From an uncultured Mucilaginibacter sp. (GTDB taxonomy: Bacteria; Bacteroidota; Bacteroidia; Sphingobacteriales; Sphingobacteriaceae), in the NCBI GenBank assembly GCA_903927645.1, contig CAIYNX010000135.1, forward strand, positions 1,153 through 65,152: DNA of 64,000 nucleotides. Direction: 5' to 3'. Under the pieces are notes generated by a model. It was given only the letters and a program-made list of their open reading frames with translations. It was not told where the DNA came from and made no database searches. Below are positions 58,211-64,000 of this stretch, one piece after another; position 1 is the first letter of the stretch; each line of letters opens with the position of its first letter. The position numbers and the translations under genes were made by a program.

Positions 58211-58260
58211 AAATTTATAATTGCAAAAAATTTAAAAATTAAAACTCAGAAAATAAAAAA

Positions 58261-58773
58261 ATGAAAAATCTATTTAAAGTTGCTTTGGTTGCTGTAAGCA
58301 TGTTATTTGTAGGCAACTTTGCCAATGCACAAGCTAAAATTGGCTATATTAATTTTCAAGCATTGCTTGGACAACTTCCCGAGGCAAAAACAGTAAAATC
58401 GCAGTTAGATATCTATTCAAAACAATTTACAGACCAGTTGGCGGCTATGCAAAATGAATTACAAGCCAAAGGTCAGGAATACCAAAAAAATAGCGCAACT
58501 TATACAGATGCTGTTAGACTAACAAAACAAACTGAATTACAAGACCTACAAAAAAGGTTACAAGACTATAATACAACTGCTCAACAAAAATTTGAAGAAA
58601 AATCAAATGAGTTGATTAAGCCCTTATCAGATAAAGAAAAGGCTGCAGTAACTGCTGTTGCTAAAGAAAAAGGTTATACCTATGTTTTTGATTCCGGACA
58701 AACTGTATTCATTGTTGCTCCTGATGCTGATGATTTGACAGAAGCTGTTAAGGCTAAGTTAGGTTTAAAATAA
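58261..58773 (+). CDS. skp: OmpH/Skp chaperone 2
   Basis: KIGYINFQAL, coiled coil, AVAKEKGYTYVFD, DLTEAVKAKLG. Confidence 0.88.
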   Translation: MKNLFKVALVAVSMLFVGNFANAQAKIGYINFQALLGQLPEAKTVKSQLDIYSKQFTDQLAAMQNELQAKGQEYQKNSATYTDAVRLTKQTELQDLQKRLQDYNTTAQQKFEEKSNELIKPLSDKEKAAVTAVAKEKGYTYVFDSGQTVFIVAPDADDLTEAVKAKLGLK

Positions 58774-58789
58774 AATTAAACGTTAATAT

Positions 58790-58827
58790 ATATAAAAAGC
58801 GTTCCCGATAAGGAACGCTTTTTATAT
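58790..58827 (+). terminator. Intrinsic terminator after skp
   Basis: atataaaaagcgttcc-cgataa-ggaacgctttttatat. Confidence 0.85.
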
Positions 58828-58837
58828 TTTTGACCCA

Positions 58838-59668
58838 ATGAATAATAATAAGCCAATTGGGATATTTGATTCGGGCTACGGCGGATTAACCGTTTTTAAG
58901 TCTATCTATAAACAATTGCCTCATTATGATTATCTATATCTAGGCGATACTGCTCGCGCTCCGTATGGTAATCGTTCTTTCCAAACCATACACCAATATA
59001 CCCTTGAATGTGTGCGTTGGCTTTTTAATCAAGGTTGCCCATTGGTTGTTTTAGCCTGCAATACCGCATCGGCAAAAGCATTACGCACCATACAACAAAT
59101 TGACCTTAAAAATGAAAGTCCTGATAAGCGTGTATTAGGAGTTATAAGGCCAACTGCCGAAGTAATTGGTGATTATACTAAGACAAAGGAGATTGGAGTT
59201 TTAGGCACTAAAGGAACAGTAAATTCAGGCTCTTATCTCATCGAGATCAATCGTTTCTTTCCTAACCTAAAAGTTTACCAACAAGCCTGCCCACTATGGG
59301 TGCCATTAATTGAAAATGGAGAATTTGATAAACCCGGTGCCGATTATTTTGTTGAAAAGTACATAGATGAAATTCTATCACAATCACCAAATATTGATGT
59401 GCTGTTATTAGCTTGCACCCATTATCCTTTACTTTATAAAAAAATAAGGGCTTATTTGCCTGCCCATATTCAAATAATTTCGCAAGGTGATATTGTTGCC
59501 AATAGTTTAGAAAGCTATTTAGAAAGGCATCCCGAAATAGATATTAACCTTACCAAAAACAGCCAACATAGTTTTTATACCACCACTGATGATACGCTCG
59601 ACTTTGATTATTATGCCGAATTATTTTTCTCGGGCAAGGTGAAATCCTCTTTTGCCGAAATTATTTAA
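58838..59668 (+). CDS. murI: Glutamate racemase
   Basis: IFDSGYGGL, PYG, ACNTAS, ACTHYP. Confidence 0.95.
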   Translation: MNNNKPIGIFDSGYGGLTVFKSIYKQLPHYDYLYLGDTARAPYGNRSFQTIHQYTLECVRWLFNQGCPLVVLACNTASAKALRTIQQIDLKNESPDKRVLGVIRPTAEVIGDYTKTKEIGVLGTKGTVNSGSYLIEINRFFPNLKVYQQACPLWVPLIENGEFDKPGADYFVEKYIDEILSQSPNIDVLLLACTHYPLLYKKIRAYLPAHIQIISQGDIVANSLESYLERHPEIDINLTKNSQHSFYTTTDDTLDFDYYAELFFSGKVKSSFAEII

Positions 59669-59771
59669 AAGCAACTTTAATTTAAGCCTCTTATTTCTAA
59701 TGCATTTATCTTCCTAAAGTATAATATTTAACATCCTGCTAGCAAATCCATACTAAATACATCTATTTTGC

Positions 59772-59779
59772 TAAGTTTG
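59772..59779 (+). promoter_or_regulatory. -7 promoter box for nuoH
   Basis: TAAGTTTG 17 nt before the TTG start. Confidence 0.55.
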
Positions 59780-59796
59780 CATTTTAGGTAATTAGT

Positions 59797-60867
59797 TTGG
59801 ATTTTTATTTACTATATATCATTGTAGGTATTGGGCTTTTTGCCTTTTCGGCCTTGTTTGCGCTTTTTGGTGTATATGCCGAGCGCAAGGTTTCGGCTTT
59901 TATTCAAGATAGGTTGGGCCCTACCGAAACTGGTAAATATGGGGCTTTACAAACCATTGCCGATATCCTTAAAATGGTTCAGAAAGAACTGATTACCCCA
60001 TCCGCTGCCGATAAGTTTTTATTTATTTTAGCCCCTGCCATTATATTTATTGGGGTTTATTTGGGCTTTGCTGCAATGCCTTGGGCACCCGGAATAGTGC
60101 CGGTTAAATTAAATATTGGTCTCTATTATACCTTTGCCATCATCTCTATCGAAACTTTGGGTATTTTAATGGCTGGTTGGGGCTCTAATAATAAATATGC
60201 CATTTTAGGAGCCATGCGTTCGGCGGCTCAAATTATATCGTACGAGATTCCGGCCGGATTTGCAATTATTGCGGTGGTAATGATTTGTCAATCGCTCAAC
60301 TTGCAGGATATCGCATTGCAACAAGGTATATTATCGCCCGAAAGGGTAAAGTTTGCCGGTTTTTGGGATGTGAGTAAAACTGGAGGCATTTTGGCTTGGA
60401 ATATATTTAAAGCACCACATCTTATCGTTACCTTTTTTATTTACTTTATTGCTTCCTTGGCCGAAAGTAACAGGGCTCCGTTTGATATACCCGAAGCTGA
60501 AAGTGAATTAGTGGCAGGCTTTCATACAGAATACACGGGTTTGAGGTTTGCCTTTGTGTTTTTGGCCGAGTATTCTATGATGTTTTTGGTATCGATGATT
60601 GCTGTAACTTTGTTTTTAGGTGCTTGGAATACACCCCTCCCCAATATTGGGTCGGTTAGGTTAGCTGATTGGACTACAGGAACCTTTTGGGGTATTATTT
60701 GGATTATAATAAAGTGCCTAGGGTTGGTTGGCTTACAAATGTGGATAAGATGGACCTTGCCAAGATTTAGGGTAGACCAACTAATGGCTTTTTGTTGGAA
60801 GGTTTTAACTCCGCTTGCTTTTGCTTGCATGTTATTATCAGGTGTATGGCGCTTATGGCTGATGTAG
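59797..60867 (+). CDS. nuoH: NADH-quinone oxidoreductase subunit H
   Basis: ERKVSAFIQDRLGP, AQIISYE, AESNRAPFDIPEAESELVAGFHTEY, RWTLPRFRVDQL. Confidence 0.95.
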   Translation: MDFYLLYIIVGIGLFAFSALFALFGVYAERKVSAFIQDRLGPTETGKYGALQTIADILKMVQKELITPSAADKFLFILAPAIIFIGVYLGFAAMPWAPGIVPVKLNIGLYYTFAIISIETLGILMAGWGSNNKYAILGAMRSAAQIISYEIPAGFAIIAVVMICQSLNLQDIALQQGILSPERVKFAGFWDVSKTGGILAWNIFKAPHLIVTFFIYFIASLAESNRAPFDIPEAESELVAGFHTEYTGLRFAFVFLAEYSMMFLVSMIAVTLFLGAWNTPLPNIGSVRLADWTTGTFWGIIWIIIKCLGLVGLQMWIRWTLPRFRVDQLMAFCWKVLTPLAFACMLLSGVWRLWLM

Positions 60868-60892
60868 TATTGGCTTTTATTTGAATAAAAAA

Positions 60893-61468
60893 ATGAACAG
60901 GTATATTAAATCAATTTTGAAAGGGATGTCGCTCACCTTAAAACATCTTTTTTCTTCTCATAAAAGAAGAGTGATTTTGCCTGCAAGCGATGATAATTAT
61001 TTTAAAAATTTACAAGGCACCAATACCATTCAATACCCTGAACAACAATTACCCATCCCGGAAGTTGGACGGTACCAATTGGATGTGGAAATGGATGACT
61101 GCATTGTATGCGACCTTTGCGCCAAGGTTTGTCCGGTTGATTGTATTGATATTGAAGCCATAAAAGCAACATCGGCCATAGGTCAAACTTCAGACGGTAC
61201 CACTAAAAGGTTATATGCAGCAAAATTTGATATCGACATGGCCAAATGCATGTATTGCGGATTATGTACCATTGTATGCCCCACAGAATGCATTATCATG
61301 ACCAATACTTATGATAGGAGTGTAGTGGAGTTAAAGGATTTGACCTATGAATTCTCGGATATGACACCAGAAATGGCTACCCAAAAACGTTTAGAGTTTG
61401 AACAGCAACAAGCGGAAAAACAAGCAGCTAAGCTAGCTGCTATGCAAAATAAAGATACAACAGCGTAA
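60893..61468 (+). CDS. nuoI: NADH-quinone oxidoreductase subunit I (2x[4Fe-4S])
   Basis: TIQYPE, CIVCDLCAKVCP, CMYCGLCTIVCP. ATG 60893 preferred; TTG 60881 is an alternative. Confidence 0.9.
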   Translation: MNRYIKSILKGMSLTLKHLFSSHKRRVILPASDDNYFKNLQGTNTIQYPEQQLPIPEVGRYQLDVEMDDCIVCDLCAKVCPVDCIDIEAIKATSAIGQTSDGTTKRLYAAKFDIDMAKCMYCGLCTIVCPTECIIMTNTYDRSVVELKDLTYEFSDMTPEMATQKRLEFEQQQAEKQAAKLAAMQNKDTTA

Positions 61469-61470
61469 TT

Positions 61471-62013
61471 ATGGTGCAATTTTTATTTTACTTAATGGCA
61501 TTTATTACCTTGGGTTCGGCTGTTTTTGTAGCGGTTACCAAAAATTTGGTACGTAGTATTTTTATGTTCTTTATTACCTTATTTGGTTTGGCAGGCTTAT
61601 ATATTGTGTGTTTGGCCGATTTTGTTGCCATTACTCAAATTGTAATTTACATAGGTGGTATTTTGGTACTGATGCTTTTTGCTTTTATGCTATCGGGTAG
61701 AGATAATTTGAATAATTTTTTGGCACAACGCAAACCCTTTATCAGTGTAAAAAACTTACCGGCTGTTATATTAGTTTTATTGTTTTTAGTGGTGATGCTT
61801 AATATGGTTGTTAGCGTTGATGCCGATAATTTTGATTGGATTAAAAAATCCATCGCCAACAAAAACACTCTATTGCCAACCGAAAACACCACCGAGAACA
61901 TCGGCGTTAATTTAATGACCAAATATTTATTGCCATTTGAGGCTATCTCCGTTTTATTGATGGTGGCTTTGGTAGGTGCGGCGCATTTATCAAGAAAGGA
62001 GAAAAAGGTATGA
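61471..62013 (+). CDS. nuoJ: NADH-quinone oxidoreductase subunit J
   Basis: ADFVAITQIVIYIGGILVL, YLLPFEAISVLL. Confidence 0.9.
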   Translation: MVQFLFYLMAFITLGSAVFVAVTKNLVRSIFMFFITLFGLAGLYIVCLADFVAITQIVIYIGGILVLMLFAFMLSGRDNLNNFLAQRKPFISVKNLPAVILVLLFLVVMLNMVVSVDADNFDWIKKSIANKNTLLPTENTTENIGVNLMTKYLLPFEAISVLLMVALVGAAHLSRKEKKV

Positions 62014-62315
62014 TTTCCTTAACAAATTATCTGATAGTGAGTGTCGCTTTGTTTTGCATAGGAATGTATATGGTACTATCAAAACACAATGCCATACAAA
62101 TATTGATAGGTATTGAACTAATGCTCAATGCCGCAAACCTAAATCTGGTTGCCTTTGGGAAATATGATAGTGCAAATAATGCCGGTCAAATATTTACCTT
62201 GTTCACCATTGTAATGGCAGCGGCAACCACCGCTGTTGCTTTAGCCATAATATTAAACGTTTACAAACAATACAAAACCATTGACCCTGATAAAATTGAT
62301 AAATTGGGAGATTGA
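62010..62315 (+). CDS. nuoK: NADH-quinone oxidoreductase subunit K
   Basis: Three TM helices, GIELMLNAANLNLVAF. Confidence 0.9.
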   Translation: MISLTNYLIVSVALFCIGMYMVLSKHNAIQILIGIELMLNAANLNLVAFGKYDSANNAGQIFTLFTIVMAAATTAVALAIILNVYKQYKTIDPDKIDKLGD

Positions 62316-62378
62316 TAAAGCTGCTAAGACCGCTATTGGATCTCTAAATAGTAGGCTACCATAATTGATAAAACAAGA

Positions 62379-64000
62379 TTGAAAACTAACTTAATAACAA
62401 ATACCCTAACAATTAACCTAACACTGCTTGTAGTGTTATTGCCCTTGCTTGCTTTTGTTATTAATTTCCTGTTGCCTAAAAATCAATTCAAATGGGCGGG
62501 GTTGGTTGCTAACTTGGCTATTTTTTTTAGCTTAATTTTTTCTGCAATCATATTTTCAAGAGTTTGGGAAAGCGGTCATATCCTACACCAGCGCATGGTT
62601 TGGTTTACCATTGGCGATACCAATGTTTATGCCGGGTTATTATTAAATAACTTATCGGTATTGATGTTATTGCTGGTAAACCTGATCGCCTTGCCTGTGC
62701 ATATTTATTCAACCGCTTATATGAAAGGCGATGAAAACTATAACCGCTACTTTGCCTACCTAAGCTTTTTTTGTTTTAGCATGTTGGCCTTGGTGGTGGT
62801 TGATAATTTGGTGCTGTTTTATGGCTTTTGGGAACTGGTTGGTTTTACTTCCTATTTGTTAATAGGCTTTTGGTTTAATAAAGAAAAAGCGGTAAAAGCA
62901 AACAAAAAAGCCTTCATCATGAACCGGATTGGGGACATAGGCTTGCTAACCGCTATCATCATTATCTTTACCCAGTTCCATACTTTTGATATTGATCTGC
63001 TTTTTAGTTCTAAGGGCCTTGTTGTACAAACAATTCTAAAAAATGGCTTCTGGGGTGTATTACCCGCAAGTTACCAATATTTGGCATGTGCAGGTATATT
63101 TATGGCGGTTTTCGCAAAATCGGCCCAGTTCCCGCTACACACTTGGTTGCCCGATGCCATGGAAGGCCCAACCTCTGTGTCGGCTTTGATACATGCTGCT
63201 ACCATGGTGGCTGCCGGCGTATTTTTACTGGGGAGAGTTTATCCCTTTTTCATCACTCCAGAACTTGATATACTGGCAATTGTAGGCTGTTTTACTGCCT
63301 TTATGGCCGCTACCATTGCCCTCACCCAAAACGATTTGAAACGTATTTTGGCCTACTCCACCATATCGCAATTGGGTTATATGGTCATGGCAATGGGGGT
63401 AGGGGCATATAGTCAGTCGCTTTTTCATTTGGTTACTCATGCCTTTTTTAAATGCTTGCTCTTTTTAGTGGCTGGCATCGTCATCCACCATATGCAGCAT
63501 ATAAAAGAAGAAAAGCAATTGGATATCGACCCTCAAAACATTCAAAATATGGGTGGCTTGAGTAAACAATTGCCATTGGTGTTTTTGGTGGCTATTATAG
63601 GAGGTTTAGCCTTGATAGGCTTTCCGTTCACCTCTGGCTTTTTATCAAAGGATAGTATTTTAGTTCAAACCGCTTCATGGTCATGGGGTAAGGGCGGGGC
63701 TTTTTATTTAGTGCCTGTAATATCAATAATCACAACCTTATTTACGGCTTTTTATGTTACAAGATTGGTAGTAAAAGTGTTTATGGGGAAATCTAAATTG
63801 GATATTGACATAGAACATCAACATACAACCAAAATTAACTTAGCTTATACTATCCCATTGTTGTTTTTGGCGATTTGTAGTTTGTTTCCGATATGGTCGC
63901 TCATTCCATTCTCCTATTTAAACTCTTGGCTTATAAAAGGGTTTAGCCTTTATCCTGTTGGTGAAGGGAATATATGGTTACCAATTATCATAAGTTTATT
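62379..64000 (+). CDS. nuoL: NADH-quinone oxidoreductase subunit L (truncated by the window end)
   Basis: Not in the ORF track. Manual translation from TTG 62379 gives YSTAYMKGD, FWELVGFTSYLLIGFW, KSAQFPLHTWLPDAMEGPTSVSALIHAATMV. Exact start uncertain. Confidence 0.92.
   Translation, partial: MKTNLITNTLTINLTLLVVLLPLLAFVINFLLPKNQFKWAGLVANLAIFFSLIFSAIIFSRVWESGHILHQRMVWFTIGDTNVYAGLLLNNLSVLMLLLVNLIALPVHIYSTAYMKGDENYNRYFAYLSFFCFSMLALVVVDNLVLFYGFWELVGFTSYLLIGFWFNKEKAVKANKKAFIMNRIGDIGLLTAIIIIFTQFHTFDIDLLFSSKGLVVQTILKNGFWGVLPASYQYLACAGIFMAVFAKSAQFPLHTWLPDAMEGPTSVSALIHAATMVAAGVFLLGRVYPFFITPELDILAIVGCFTAFMAATIALTQNDLKRILAYSTISQLGYMVMAMGVGAYSQSLFHLVTHAFFKCLLFLVAGIVIHHMQHIKEEKQLDIDPQNIQNMGGLSKQLPLVFLVAIIGGLALIGFPFTSGFLSKDSILVQTASWSWGKGGAFYLVPVISIITTLFTAFYVTRLVVKVFMGKSKLDIDIEHQHTTKINLAYTIPLLFLAICSLFPIWSLIPFSYLNSWLIKGFSLYPVGEGNIWLPIIISL

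Overview
AT-rich bacterial chromosome segment from a Bacteroidota, most likely Sphingobacteriaceae (Mucilaginibacter/Pedobacter-like). This is inferred from gene content (porT, DUF6089, RemB-like barrels, GH3 beside lptB), TAnnTTTG promoters and intergenic heptamer repeats. Much of it is housekeeping: lptB, recJ, fmt, tyrS, holA, valS, ubiE/menG, nadK, uppS-bamA-skp-skp-murI and nuoH-I-J-K-L (truncated). Accessory modules in between are: (i) a tightly coupled operon of two c-type cytochrome lipoproteins, YceI, a DUF5777-like beta-barrel and an OB-fold membrane protein; (ii) a CP-ATP-grasp/alpha-E/transglutaminase operon whose transglutaminase ends in Gln8; (iii) a two-component system plus CzcCBA-like efflux pump with an 11-bp-periodic operator; (iv) tandem RemB/Wzi-like barrels; (v) a DUF1080 + Gfo/Idh/MocA pair; (vi) an orphan exbD bracketed by a 13-bp direct repeat. 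No rRNA, tRNA, CRISPR array, transposase or integrase was seen. All family assignments come from motif recognition by eye, not database searches.
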